64,000 bases of DNA from Candidatus Nomurabacteria bacterium (GCA_028286645.1 JAQBRF010000003.1:12323-76322); one strand, 5' to 3'; shown: positions 1-10,129, counted from the first letter of the stretch. The notes: a model not told the origin generated them from the sequence alone. Numbers and translations are program-made.

Positions 1-223
1 TCCAAAAATTAGAAAAAACTTCACCGGGAGGAGCTGCGGTCTCTTGAGTTACCGCCGGGGCGCTCTCGCCAATATATGTTTCGTGCCAAAATCCATAATC
101 TGTATATAAAATAATTCCCGCGACAATTGCTGTAATTATCCCGGCAAAGATAAAAGCATGCATATGTTGCATATGCTTAGATTGTCGGCGGATATGTCGG
201 ACGTATTTAGTAAGGTAATTCAT
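1..223 (-). CDS. Partial small membrane protein, runs off the window edge
   Basis: Manual translation from ATG at 223: MNYLTKYVRHIRRQSKHMQHMHAFIFAGIITAIVAGIILYTDYGFW..., open to position 1; one TM helix. Confidence 0.6.
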   Translation of the reverse strand, partial: MNYLTKYVRHIRRQSKHMQHMHAFIFAGIITAIVAGIILYTDYGFWHETYIGESAPAVTQETAAPPGEVFSNFW

Positions 224-279
224 TAAATTTAGTTTATCACCATAAGCTAAAACTTTTTATAGCCTGCAAAATGACAAAA

Positions 280-1875
280 TCAAAAACGAGGAGTTGTGGG
301 TGTTTTAACTTCAGTTGTGCTGATATTCATTTCCTTTAATTTACTCTTAGTAAACTTTCTCCATTCTGAAATAGGAACAACCGACAATATGTCCGCCAAT
401 TCCTCCTTTGTATAGAAATCTTCTAATTTCCTTAACGCATACACCATATCATTAAAATGAAAATAATTACTATACCCATAAAAATGTTCGAGGGCCCCTA
501 TAATTGTTTCTATGTTTTCATTGCATGAAAGATAAGCCACGACTTCTTCCTTTAAATGAAAGTCTTCTTTTATATATTGTAGGTTTTGTTCAAAAACTGC
601 CCTATTGATTGTTGCATGCCTTGCTTCGTGATTGATAATGTATGCTTCAATATTCTTTTTAGGCAAAGTAAAATACGGAATGTTCATTCCTTTGTATTGT
701 ACTTGACTTGCCGAAGATGGATAACCATGCGATACATCTTCATCAAAATGGTCTCCAAGAAAACCTGCGCTGTCATAATTTTCTCTATCATAAACTACAG
801 CTACCGCTCCTTTAACAAGGTAAAGATTGACATCTTGATCTAAAGATCCTTCTTCTTTCATATCTTCGATGTCAGAAATGAATTTTATCCCCCCGATAAT
901 ATTCTGTTGCAGGCGGTGGGCGCACATTATTATCCTTTCTGTATCATGAACTGTTAACCTTTCCACATCTTTTTTACCAGCCCTCAACAGAGTTTCTATT
1001 ATTAACTTTTCTATATCTTGAAATGGATCTCCAATAATACTATCTGAAATAGGCTTAATGAGTGCTGCTGCAAATTCAGTTTTTCGCACATAAAAAGTGT
1101 TTACCGTCTCATTTCTTTCTCTTAAGTATTCTCTGATAGAGAGTGTACCTTCAGGCACCAAATGTATACCTTGATTTAATAGGGCGGTAACGACATGATT
1201 TTCTTTATTATTATTGTCTTGACTCTCTCTTACTTCCGGAGCTTCAGGTGTTTCTATTTGTTCCATTTCTTCATTTTCAATGAAGTGCTTTGCTTTACCA
1301 ATATCTGAAAGACGTTCTAGTGCCTTATTATCTAAATCTACAGCTTCTACAAATGCTTCAGAATCTTTAGTTATTCCCACAGGATCCACAACGGCCCAGT
1401 TTAAAATTTTTCCATTATTTTCAGAGTCCTTGTCTGTATCTAATGAAACCAGTATATTGCCCAATAAATCACCATGAGCGATGCCTTCCTTATGAAGATT
1501 TTCTACAAATATTTTCACCTCACCTAAAAAAGATGGATTTCTTTCTAGAAGATCTTTCACATACCAACTTAGGGCAAAAATACTTTCATACCCGAGCAGC
1601 CTCTCTATGACCATAAATCTTTCTTTTTCATCTAGAAAAATTGGTGCTGCAACGTGTTCATTATCTATTAAATACATTTGCGAAAGAACTTCATATTCTT
1701 TACGTAGACTGTCAAACTTTTTATTCGCTATATATGGAGATGTGCGGAGACTGGCGAATTTTATAAAATCTCCCCTGTAATGAGCCAGGGCATCTAAAAT
1801 CTCTGCACGCTTTATTTCTACCCTGCCGTCAGCCCTTTCTATATTTGGTGGGGTCGTAGGAAAAGATTTATCCAT
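280..1875 (-). CDS. Hypothetical protein: N-terminal kinase-like domain plus C-terminal HExxH zincin-like motif
   Basis: HGDLLGNILV and VVDPVG resemble the kinase catalytic loop and DFG position; INHEARH followed by a downstream E (KEEVVAY). Confidence 0.6.
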   Translation of the reverse strand: MDKSFPTTPPNIERADGRVEIKRAEILDALAHYRGDFIKFASLRTSPYIANKKFDSLRKEYEVLSQMYLIDNEHVAAPIFLDEKERFMVIERLLGYESIFALSWYVKDLLERNPSFLGEVKIFVENLHKEGIAHGDLLGNILVSLDTDKDSENNGKILNWAVVDPVGITKDSEAFVEAVDLDNKALERLSDIGKAKHFIENEEMEQIETPEAPEVRESQDNNNKENHVVTALLNQGIHLVPEGTLSIREYLRERNETVNTFYVRKTEFAAALIKPISDSIIGDPFQDIEKLIIETLLRAGKKDVERLTVHDTERIIMCAHRLQQNIIGGIKFISDIEDMKEEGSLDQDVNLYLVKGAVAVVYDRENYDSAGFLGDHFDEDVSHGYPSSASQVQYKGMNIPYFTLPKKNIEAYIINHEARHATINRAVFEQNLQYIKEDFHLKEEVVAYLSCNENIETIIGALEHFYGYSNYFHFNDMVYALRKLEDFYTKEELADILSVVPISEWRKFTKSKLKEMNISTTEVKTPTTPRF

Positions 1876-2068
1876 ATTCGGAGTATACCAACTAAATTTA
1901 TTATTTATTGATATTCACAACTTACAGTGCTTCACTTTTCTAAAATTAGTAAAACCCCAGTAAATCTATACGTAATTGCGCAATCAGCCAATAAGGGCCA
2001 ATCTTTTATGATTATCCATATATGTAAATCATATACAAAAAACCGGCATACCTAGAAATGTTTTCATA

Positions 2069-2704
2069 TTACATTTCGTGGAAGAGAACTATTTCTCCTA
2101 GTTTCCCTTCAATATCCTTTCTCTTAATCGTAAGCTTTTCTACTGGATCAGTTTTTTCCATTCCTGCTTCTTTCAAGAAAATAGGGAGAGACTGTTCGTC
2201 GTAATCCATCGGGATGATGAGCTTAGGTTCAAGAGAAACTGCAAGCTTATGAGAATCATATGGATTAAGTAAAAATGAATCACTTCCTACTGGAATGAAA
2301 AGAACATCAGTTTCATCTATAACTTCTTTATGTTCTGCTTCCAACATATGAGACAAGGCTCCTAAAAATGTAATTCGGATACCATCTAATGTAAGTACAT
2401 AACTAGTATTTTGATATTCTTTTTCTACCTTTCCTTCTTTTAACTTTGTAGTAGTTCCAAATCCTTTTATAAAAATATCTTTTACTTCGTATTCCCCCGG
2501 ACCTCGCACGACGAAAGGAACCTTTTCTCCATGCTCTGTTTGTTCAGCGCCGCTGTAATCTGGATGATTCGTGGTGATTAAAGTGATGTCAGCTCCATAC
2601 TTTGCAACTTTCCCTTTTCCATCTTTCGATACTGGATTGACGGCTACAGTCAAATCTCCGACAGATAGTTTAAAATGTTCGCGGCCAAAGTAAGTAATAA
2701 TCAT
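2069..2704 (-). CDS. MBL-fold metallo-hydrolase-like protein (Lactamase_B_3 type, degenerate metal motifs)
   Basis: MIITYFG start, ADITLITTNHPDY, GPGEYEVKDIFIKG, DVLFIPVG, LEPKLIIPM. Confidence 0.8.
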   Translation of the reverse strand: MIITYFGREHFKLSVGDLTVAVNPVSKDGKGKVAKYGADITLITTNHPDYSGAEQTEHGEKVPFVVRGPGEYEVKDIFIKGFGTTTKLKEGKVEKEYQNTSYVLTLDGIRITFLGALSHMLEAEHKEVIDETDVLFIPVGSDSFLLNPYDSHKLAVSLEPKLIIPMDYDEQSLPIFLKEAGMEKTDPVEKLTIKRKDIEGKLGEIVLFHEM

Positions 2705-2854
2705 ACGAAATAAGTAATAGTAATAATTCGTCCATATTAACATGTGAGACTCACTTTTTAAACATTTTAATTTTAGGTAAGCTTAATTTACTTGACAAAG
2801 TTGGATAAGTATGTAAGTATAAAATAAATTGCTCATCACAAACCGGAGGGAATC

Positions 2855-3535
2855 GTGGGAAAAGATAACATAATATGGCTTCCTGGAAGCCGTAAAAAAG
2901 CTGGCGAGGAACCTTCCGTCGAAGAAAAGAAGCCCGCGCCTAAGGTAATCGTGCCCGAAATCGTATCCCGCTTCAAAAAAGACCCAAACGCTCGTGTGGG
3001 ACTGGATATGGAGATGAGCGGCCTCACCAGAGAAGACGAGCGCATCTTTGAGGTCGCGTTCGTCATCGCCGACCGTTACTGGAATATCTTCGAGAAGGGT
3101 CCCCACATCGTTATCTACCAAAATCCCGAGGTGTGGCGTATTGCGCTGGCCAATCCCTTTATCGATGGGCATTTCATCGCCAATGGCCTACTTGATGAGT
3201 CGAGAAACTCGACCCACACCGAAGGCACCGCCGAGACGATCTTCCTGGAATGGCTCAACCAAGTAAGTGTGCCTGGGAAGCCGCTTTATGGAAACAGCGT
3301 TCACGTCGACCGGCAGTATTTGAAAAAGTACATGCCGCGAGTAGACGCCTTCTTCTCGCATAGGACTCGCGACTTCAGCGAGAGATATGAAGATTTCCAG
3401 GAACGCTACCCTGAAGATGCTAAAAAACTTCCCCGATTCGACGATGAAGGGGCGAGTCATCGGGCGCCAGCGGATGCAATGAAAACCCTCAAGCAGATCG
3501 GCTGGTTAAAACGATACAGGCCGAGCCAGGCATGA
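2855..3535 (+). CDS. orn: Oligoribonuclease-like DEDDh exonuclease with N-terminal extension
   Basis: GLDMEMSGL, IFEVAFVIAD, GNSVHVDRQYL, SHRTRDFS, HRAPAD motifs; GGAGG SD before GTG. Confidence 0.8.
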   Translation: MGKDNIIWLPGSRKKAGEEPSVEEKKPAPKVIVPEIVSRFKKDPNARVGLDMEMSGLTREDERIFEVAFVIADRYWNIFEKGPHIVIYQNPEVWRIALANPFIDGHFIANGLLDESRNSTHTEGTAETIFLEWLNQVSVPGKPLYGNSVHVDRQYLKKYMPRVDAFFSHRTRDFSERYEDFQERYPEDAKKLPRFDDEGASHRAPADAMKTLKQIGWLKRYRPSQA

Positions 3536-3582
3536 AGAACTCTCGCGGAAAAAACAGAGGGAAGAAATAATGAACCCTCTTG

Positions 3583-3620
3583 CGCGCCGCAGCCCACCCC
3601 GGGCTTGCGGCGTTTTTTTA
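3583..3620 (+). terminator. Intrinsic terminator after the orn-like gene
   Basis: cgccgcagccc...gggcttgcggcg followed by a T-run. Confidence 0.8.
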
Positions 3621-3695
3621 TTCTGTAATGAGATTTCAAAAGTATATGGTCTCCGATTCATTGCATAATAAAGAGAAGTGATGTAGTATTCTTAT

Positions 3696-3801
3696 ATTCT
3701 TTAAAAGAAGCCGTTCTGGCGTAATCCTCTGATTTGCGAAGTCAAAAGAAATCAGAAGCACCAGACCGATGTGGAATCCCCACTTCGTGTGGGAATTTTT
3801 T
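3696..3801 (+). ncRNA. Candidate small structured RNA upstream of rpsA
   Basis: TTGCAT-17-TAGTAT promoter (3661-3689), nested stems tctgg/ccaga and tctgattt/aaatcaga, then terminator cccac-ttcgt-gtggg plus T-run. Confidence 0.45.
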
Positions 3802-3859
3802 ATGTAGATATTGCAATTGGCACTAGCTGCTAACGACCAATAACTATTAACTATAATAT

Positions 3860-4930
3860 ATGACAAACGCAGAAGAAGTAGCACCGTATGCTGAAGGTGC
3901 AGTGTTTCTAAAAGAGGAAGACATCGTAGAAGGTGTCGTAGTAGCGATCGAAAAGACCGCACTTTATGTAGACTTAGGCGAAAGCCGTACTGGTATTATT
4001 TACGGTATAGAATTTATGAATGCGCGTGATGTTATCAAGCGCATAAATATAGGAGATTCGATTTCAGCAAAAGTCGTTCTTCGTGAAAATGAAGAAGGAT
4101 ATGTAGAACTTTCACTTAAGGAAGCAAGACAAGCTCTTATGTGGAATGATGCAGAAGCTGCAATTAAGGAAAAGCGAGTTATGGACTTAGTGGTAAAGGA
4201 TGCAAACAAAGGAGGACTCATCATCGAATGGCAAGGTATGGCAGGATTCCTTCCAGCGTCCCAGCTTAAAGAAGAAAATTATCCTCGCATAGAAGACGGC
4301 GATAAAGATAAAATATTAAGAGAACTTAAGAAGCTTATCGGCAAGAGAATTTCTGTAAGCATTATTTCAGCTATTCCAAAAGAAGGTAAGCTTATCTTCT
4401 CTGAAAAAGATAGCGGTGAAAAAGAAACCAAGGAAATAGTTATGGGCAACTACATCGTAGGCGAGGAAGTAGAAGGAACCGTAACAGGAGTTGTTGATTT
4501 CGGAATCTTCGTGAAGCTTTCTGATGGCGTAGAAGGACTGGTGCACAAGAGCGAGATTGATTGGGGGCTTGTAGAAGATACAAGATCACACGCTAAAGTG
4601 GGAGACAAAGTTCATGCAAAGATCATCGAAGTGAAAGACGGAAAGATATCACTATCACTAAAAGCTCTTAAAGAAAATCCATGGAAAGAAGCCGCGAAGA
4701 AATATAAGAAAGGAGATGAAGTAGACGGAGTGGTTATTAAATTTAATAAGCACGGAGCGCTTGTCTCTATAGAAGAAGGAGTGGCTGGGCTCGTCCATGT
4801 ATCTGATTTCGGAGATGAAGAGAACTTAAGGAAGACTTTGACTCTCGGAAAAATTTACAAGTTTACTATCACCCTCTTTGATCCGAATGAAGAAAGAATG
4901 ACGCTGACATACGGAGACAAGAAGGAATAA
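3860..4930 (+). CDS. rpsA: 30S ribosomal protein S1 (four S1 domains)
   Basis: Repeated S1 motifs (NKGGL...GFLPASQL, DFGIFV...EGLVHKSEI, GALV...GLVHVS). Confidence 0.92.
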   Translation: MTNAEEVAPYAEGAVFLKEEDIVEGVVVAIEKTALYVDLGESRTGIIYGIEFMNARDVIKRINIGDSISAKVVLRENEEGYVELSLKEARQALMWNDAEAAIKEKRVMDLVVKDANKGGLIIEWQGMAGFLPASQLKEENYPRIEDGDKDKILRELKKLIGKRISVSIISAIPKEGKLIFSEKDSGEKETKEIVMGNYIVGEEVEGTVTGVVDFGIFVKLSDGVEGLVHKSEIDWGLVEDTRSHAKVGDKVHAKIIEVKDGKISLSLKALKENPWKEAAKKYKKGDEVDGVVIKFNKHGALVSIEEGVAGLVHVSDFGDEENLRKTLTLGKIYKFTITLFDPNEERMTLTYGDKKE

Positions 4931-4972
4931 GAATAGTTTTCGGTTTACAGTTATTAGTTTTTAGATATAAGA

Positions 4973-4998
4973 AAGCCCCGTTTTATACGGGGTCTTTT
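4973..4998. terminator. Bidirectional terminator
   Basis: aagccccg-ttttata-cggggtcttt between convergent genes. Confidence 0.7.
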
Positions 4999-5014
4999 CG
5001 GGTCGGTTGTTGGC

Positions 5015-5245
5015 TCAGGCATTTACTTCCCTCCTTGTGCCGATCTTGTATTCTTTGTCTCCGTGCTGAATCGAGCTGTGAGCTAAGATGTCCTGGTCGT
5101 TTGCTTCGGCGAGGTAAAAATCCGTCTCCGCCAATCTCAACGGCAATTTGAGAACAGTGTCGAACTTCAATGCGTTCTCCGCCGCCTCTTGTATATAACG
5201 TGCGATTTCCATAATTTCCTCGGTTGAGTGATGGTACTTTATCAT
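5015..5245 (-). CDS. Small hypothetical protein
   Basis: ORF; start moved to MIKYHHS to avoid overlap with the kinase gene. Confidence 0.5.
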   Translation of the reverse strand: MIKYHHSTEEIMEIARYIQEAAENALKFDTVLKLPLRLAETDFYLAEANDQDILAHSSIQHGDKEYKIGTRREVNA

Positions 5246-5258
5246 TGTAGCATATATA

Positions 5259-6119
5259 TTATTGTTTGTCAACTCCTTCCATATAATGAATTTTACTGAA
5301 GAATTCTCCAATGGCAATATCAGCAAACATTAAGTCTGAGGCTTCTCGCCTGTCGGAATCCTCTCCAATTTCTATTTCTCTTGCTTTCCCAAAGTCTATT
5401 AAAAACCAATTCCCACCTTGGTCCACCATAAAATTTCTAGTAAATACATCACGATGAACAATCTTCTTTTCCTTGTGCATACGAGTAAGAAATGCCCTTA
5501 TTTTTCTTTTTACCTCCTCTTTGTCGAGTTTTTTCACAATTTCAAGAATAGTAGCAAACTTAGGATCCAGCGGATCAATCGCCATTTCTTCAAGAGTGTA
5601 GCCATGAATTCTTTCCATTCCAAAGTAGACTCTATTTTCAGAGGCTGTATAAAAATAGCTGTCTGGCACTCTAATAGATTCAACAACAAAACCTGTCATT
5701 TCTTCAAGTAATGCAGATTCCTCTCTAAAGGTGTTCCCATGCTTTTTCCTTTGATCCTCATCTACTAGATATTTTACGCATATTCGAGAGGAATATGGCA
5801 TTTCGTATACTTCCCCAACGGTTCCTTTCCCCACCCGATAATCAGTATCTCCAAATGTATTTTCAATAATTCCAGCCACATCAGTTACTTCCTTTTTTAT
5901 CTCTGGATCTTTTATGTTACTAATCCTTGTAAAAGTTTTAGCCTTTACTCGAGACCGGTTCTCTAACACGTCTTCCATTATTCTTATAGCTTCTTCAAGT
6001 TCTAGGTTTTCAACTTTTTCTCGCCATAACTTTTGAAGTTCAGGAGGCAAAGAAATCAATAACCTTTCTAGATCATCTTCATCTAATTCTTTTTTCTCGA
6101 AGCTTTTTCTTTCATCCAT
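5259..6119 (-). CDS. Protein kinase-like (RIO/Ser-Thr type) protein
   Basis: VGKGTVGEVY glycine loop, CVKYL lysine, VHRDVFTRNFMV, LIDFGKA. Confidence 0.85.
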   Translation of the reverse strand: MDERKSFEKKELDEDDLERLLISLPPELQKLWREKVENLELEEAIRIMEDVLENRSRVKAKTFTRISNIKDPEIKKEVTDVAGIIENTFGDTDYRVGKGTVGEVYEMPYSSRICVKYLVDEDQRKKHGNTFREESALLEEMTGFVVESIRVPDSYFYTASENRVYFGMERIHGYTLEEMAIDPLDPKFATILEIVKKLDKEEVKRKIRAFLTRMHKEKKIVHRDVFTRNFMVDQGGNWFLIDFGKAREIEIGEDSDRREASDLMFADIAIGEFFSKIHYMEGVDKQ

Positions 6120-6122
6120 AAA

Positions 6123-6659
6123 TTATTTTCCATTAAATTTCTCCATCGCTTTTTGGTAACCATCAGCCACAATAGCTTTTATCGCCTCCAATACTTTAGG
6201 AGAAATTTCTTTTATGGTGTTTTCTTCTCCATCAGTAACTTTTCCTAACACATAATCCTGCACTTCTTCACCATGAGGCGGGATTTTCTCTTTACCATCA
6301 GTATCTGCGGGAGCAATTCCGATGCGGATACGAGTAAAATCTTTCTTGCCTAAATACTCTATGATGCTTTTCAGTCCATTATGCCCCCCATCTCCCCGAT
6401 CATGAGATATTCTAAACGTTCCATAAGGCAAATCTTTATCATCATACATAACAATCACCTGTCTTCCTTCGTTATAACGCAGGTAACGTGATACATCTTT
6501 CCCGCTTTCGTTCATAAAAGTAACAGGCACAAATAATTCTAAGGAAGAAACAGATTCTAATTCATCTTTTATCATTTTCACAAGAATGCGTGCGATGTTA
6601 TGCCGTGTTCTTTCGTATTTAGTGCCAGGATTTCCGAGCGGGACAAGCGTATATATCAT
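6123..6659 (-). CDS. pth: Peptidyl-tRNA hydrolase
   Basis: LGNPGTKYERTRHN, TFMNESG, GGHNGLKSII, RIRIGI. Confidence 0.95.
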   Translation of the reverse strand: MIYTLVPLGNPGTKYERTRHNIARILVKMIKDELESVSSLELFVPVTFMNESGKDVSRYLRYNEGRQVIVMYDDKDLPYGTFRISHDRGDGGHNGLKSIIEYLGKKDFTRIRIGIAPADTDGKEKIPPHGEEVQDYVLGKVTDGEENTIKEISPKVLEAIKAIVADGYQKAMEKFNGK

Positions 6660-6755
6660 TTTGACAGTATATCAAATGGGCCCGATTTATGATTTAAAAA
6701 TTAAGAATTAAGAATTTATATGAGTTAGCCTATTCATAAATCCTAAATCATAATC

Positions 6756-7538
6756 ATGAGTCATCCAATTGTTGCATTGCAACAATTGGATATGTATACT
6801 GCGCTCATAATGATGTCTTCAGTAACTGATTCAATTCTAACTTCTATCTCAGATATATCTCAAAACCCAGTTTCAGTATTAATATTTTTTGTTCTCGCAT
6901 TACTTGTCCTCTCGCTTATTTTGGCAATGATTTTCCCATCATGGAGAAAAGGATTGGTTGCTGTAAAGATTTTAGAAAAAGATGAAAGGCCCTCTTCCCT
7001 TTTAAGCTGGGTAATTGGAATTATTTTAATAGTCGAATGTATTCACGCGTTTATACTGCAGCCTTTTATAGTAGATGGAGGGAGCATGATTCCGACATAT
7101 GAAACTGGCCAGTTCTTATTGGTAGATAAATTATCATATTTAGTAGGGAAGCCCCACAGAGGTGACGTCATGATATTTAAGCTTTATGAGGATAAAGCAA
7201 ACCCTTATCAAGGAAAGCATTTGATTAAAAGAGTGATCGGACTTCCTGGGGAAAGAGTGGTAGTAAAAGGAGGAGTTACAACTATTTACAATAAAGATAA
7301 CCCCAACGGATTTGTATTAGATGAATCATATGTTCTTTATAAAGACTTGACCAAGAATGTCGATGTGCAGCTAGATGATCACCATTACTTTATGATGGGA
7401 GATAATCGAGCGCAAAGTTATGATTCAAGAGAATGGGGACCGCTTGATGAAAAAGACATCAAAGGCCAAGCATTACTCCGCGTGTATCCACTATCAGCAT
7501 TTTCTTATGAACCAGGACAGGTTAAGTACAGCAAATAA
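6756..7538 (+). CDS. lepB: Signal peptidase I (true start probably a downstream Met)
   Basis: GGSMIPT, IKRVIGLPGE, MGDNRAQSYDSREWG. Confidence 0.95.
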   Translation: MSHPIVALQQLDMYTALIMMSSVTDSILTSISDISQNPVSVLIFFVLALLVLSLILAMIFPSWRKGLVAVKILEKDERPSSLLSWVIGIILIVECIHAFILQPFIVDGGSMIPTYETGQFLLVDKLSYLVGKPHRGDVMIFKLYEDKANPYQGKHLIKRVIGLPGERVVVKGGVTTIYNKDNPNGFVLDESYVLYKDLTKNVDVQLDDHHYFMMGDNRAQSYDSREWGPLDEKDIKGQALLRVYPLSAFSYEPGQVKYSK

Positions 7539-7541
7539 TTT

Positions 7542-8849
7542 ATGAGCGAAGAAATAAAAAAAGAAAAGAAAGAACTTCCTATATCTTTAAAAGGAATGAA
7601 CGATATTATTGACGAAGATTATTACGCTTATCAAGGCTTATTTGAAAAAGCTCAAGAAGTTGCTGTGTATTATGGATTTAAGCCAATAGAAACGCCGGTT
7701 CTTGAAAGAGAAGAAGTATTTCTTAAAACTCTTGGAGAGGAAAGCGATGTAGTTGAAAAGGAAATATATGCCTTTAGAACAAAAGGAGGAGATCGCGTAG
7801 CACTCCGTCCTGAATATACAGCATCTATCATGAGAGCCTATCATGAGCACGGCATGAATAATCTCCCTCAGCCCGTACTTCTTTATTCATACGGACCAGT
7901 ATTTCGCCATGATAATCCGCAGAAAGGACGCTTGAGACAATTCAGACAATTTAATTTGGAAATTCTTGGCACCACGCAATCCATTGCAGACGCCCTCATT
8001 ATCCGCACGCTTACCACGATTCTCGAAGAGTTCGGGTTTAAAGATCTTATTATTGATATTAATTCAATAGGCGATAAAGACACGCGTGCGGTATTTATAA
8101 AAGACCTGACTACATATTATAAGAAACATATCAGTGAAATCTGCAAAGACTGCCAGGAAAGATTAAAGACTAATCCGATGAAGCTGCTTGATTGCAAACA
8201 TCCGGAATGTCAGCCATTTAAAGAAGGGGCCCCATCATCCATCTCATATCTTTCAAACGACGCTCGCCACCACTTCAAGGAAGTGCTTCAATATCTAGAA
8301 GAAATGGGAATACAGTATCGAGTGAACAATACCCTCGTTCGAGGATTTGATTATTACAACAGGACTGTGTTTGAAGTGATAAAAGTAGATACAGACGAAA
8401 ACGGAAAGGAGCGTGAAATTACCATCACCGCAGGCGGACGATATGATCCATTGGCGAAAATAATGGGCGGTAAGAAAGATGTCCCGGCAGTCGGTACTGG
8501 TTTAGGAATGGAGCGCATCATGATGTTCCCTGAATGCAAGAAAATCATGCCGAGAATTATAAAAGCTCCGAAAGTATATTTTATCCAGCTTGGATTTGAT
8601 GCGAAGCTAAAGAGTTTATGCGTTATAGAAGTTTTAAGAAAGGCACACATTCCTGTTCATCAGTCTATTTCGAAAGACTCTCTCGGCTCCCAGTTAGCTA
8701 TGGCGGAAAAAATGGAAATCCCCTATTGCATAATCTTTGGACAAAAAGAAGCTATGGATAACACAGTAATAGTGCGCCACATGGAAACGAGATCACAAGA
8801 TACGGTGAAGATTGATGCTTTGTCAGACTACATCAAACATTTGAAATAG
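7542..8849 (+). CDS. hisS: Histidine--tRNA ligase
   Basis: LRPEYTAS, FRHDNPQKGRLRQFRQ, LVRGFDYY, GGRYD. Confidence 0.97.
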   Translation: MSEEIKKEKKELPISLKGMNDIIDEDYYAYQGLFEKAQEVAVYYGFKPIETPVLEREEVFLKTLGEESDVVEKEIYAFRTKGGDRVALRPEYTASIMRAYHEHGMNNLPQPVLLYSYGPVFRHDNPQKGRLRQFRQFNLEILGTTQSIADALIIRTLTTILEEFGFKDLIIDINSIGDKDTRAVFIKDLTTYYKKHISEICKDCQERLKTNPMKLLDCKHPECQPFKEGAPSSISYLSNDARHHFKEVLQYLEEMGIQYRVNNTLVRGFDYYNRTVFEVIKVDTDENGKEREITITAGGRYDPLAKIMGGKKDVPAVGTGLGMERIMMFPECKKIMPRIIKAPKVYFIQLGFDAKLKSLCVIEVLRKAHIPVHQSISKDSLGSQLAMAEKMEIPYCIIFGQKEAMDNTVIVRHMETRSQDTVKIDALSDYIKHLK

Positions 8850-8982
8850 CGTGTAGATGGTAGCGTTTAGCGTGCAGGAGGAAAGAGGCATAAAATTCGA
8901 CAATCTAAGTAATATCTTCTAGTATGAAAATTGTGACACCCTCGTGTTCACCTTGTCAGATAGATTCTGATAAGCCACTCTC

Positions 8983-9384
8983 TTGATGGGAGATGCGACA
9001 ATGACCTGGACTCATGTTCCTGACTTTCTGGATTTTGCTCTTTTCAAAGTCTGGCCGGCACTCGAAGCTGGCCAGATACCAAGCCCTAGATGGATTGAGC
9101 ACGAGCAAGCTTCTTTGCGGATAGAAGCATACGATGCAAAGTGGCCTCCACTCCTCCAGATACTCCAAGGTAAGAAGCTTCATGGTTTCAGACATAAAGG
9201 ACAATACAGGGTCTCCTTACCAGAGCTGGCTCAGGTGGTCTCTTTCGAGACCCGAGATAAGGATAAATTCGATGTTGTACTCGAAAGATGGGTGAGTGAG
9301 TGGACGCTTTTTAGGATTGATTTGGTCAAAGACTGGGGCCATACCGTAACCAACGGAGAATTGAAGGCTCAGACCTTCTATTAA
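8983..9384 (+). CDS. Orphan hypothetical protein
   Basis: ORF followed by its own terminator; GC-richer than flanks. Confidence 0.55.
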   Translation: MMGDATMTWTHVPDFLDFALFKVWPALEAGQIPSPRWIEHEQASLRIEAYDAKWPPLLQILQGKKLHGFRHKGQYRVSLPELAQVVSFETRDKDKFDVVLERWVSEWTLFRIDLVKDWGHTVTNGELKAQTFY

Positions 9385-9394
9385 TTCCGATTAA

Positions 9395-9433
9395 CCGCCT
9401 GGAAAAAGCCGTGCGCTCCCAGGCGGCTTTTTT
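9395..9433 (+). terminator. Intrinsic terminator
   Basis: ccgcctgg...ccaggcgg plus T-run. Confidence 0.75.
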
Positions 9434-9538
9434 ATTTTATCTAAATTTAACACTTAGTATCTATTGTCCATCTAAAAGCTACGGACTACACACTGCTCCC
9501 CCTATTTGACTATATATTTCTGATCTGTCAGGATTATA

Positions 9539-10129
9539 GTGATTGCACAACCGAAAGCGAGGATCATAATGGCACGAATTTGGCACCCCTGGGAAATGGC
9601 ACCAATCAGCAAGGGAAGGCGTGATTGGATATGGGAACACACTAAGAAGATGTTTTCTGGTGCTCCTGAAGACTTCATCCACGAAGTGAGCGAAGAGGAT
9701 GCCGTCGATCAACTTTGCTTCCTGGAAGCTCGACTTCACGGAAAAGTTGGCGAGCAGATTTACATGCCTGAGCTCTGGATCAAAAGCGCGCGCCCGGAAA
9801 AAGAAATAGTGGCGCTTCATCTGGGAATCATTGGCACCCGTGACCGTCTCGAGTACAACACGTGCGAGCACCGGTTTTGTCTGCCGGTGCGCCTTGGTCT
9901 CGTTTCTCACAAACAACAGCACGAAAGGGTGAACGCCGAGTGGGAAATCGGTAACATTCCCCCTACATGGTTTAAGGAAGAATCGAGGGTTAACGGTCTT
10001 CCTGGAACCACAATCTGCGTCGGCAGAGAAGAAATAAAAAGATACCTCCTGAGGCAAGTAAAAAGAGAGGAGTACGAAATATACGCCTCTCTATCAAGAA
10101 GCCTTAGCGTAACCCCCGTTACTCTTTGA
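9539..10129 (+). CDS. Orphan hypothetical protein (likely start MARIWHP)
   Basis: ORF with TTGACT box upstream, GAGG SD before the internal ATG, terminator downstream. Confidence 0.6.
   Translation: MIAQPKARIIMARIWHPWEMAPISKGRRDWIWEHTKKMFSGAPEDFIHEVSEEDAVDQLCFLEARLHGKVGEQIYMPELWIKSARPEKEIVALHLGIIGTRDRLEYNTCEHRFCLPVRLGLVSHKQQHERVNAEWEIGNIPPTWFKEESRVNGLPGTTICVGREEIKRYLLRQVKREEYEIYASLSRSLSVTPVTL

Noticed and set aside
3696-3801. SRP RNA or c-di-GMP riboswitch
   Set aside because: Diagnostic conserved motifs are not visible; kept only as an unassigned candidate.
9479-10057. 192-aa minus-strand ORF
   Set aside because: It shadows the plus-strand ORF, which has the promoter, SD and terminator.
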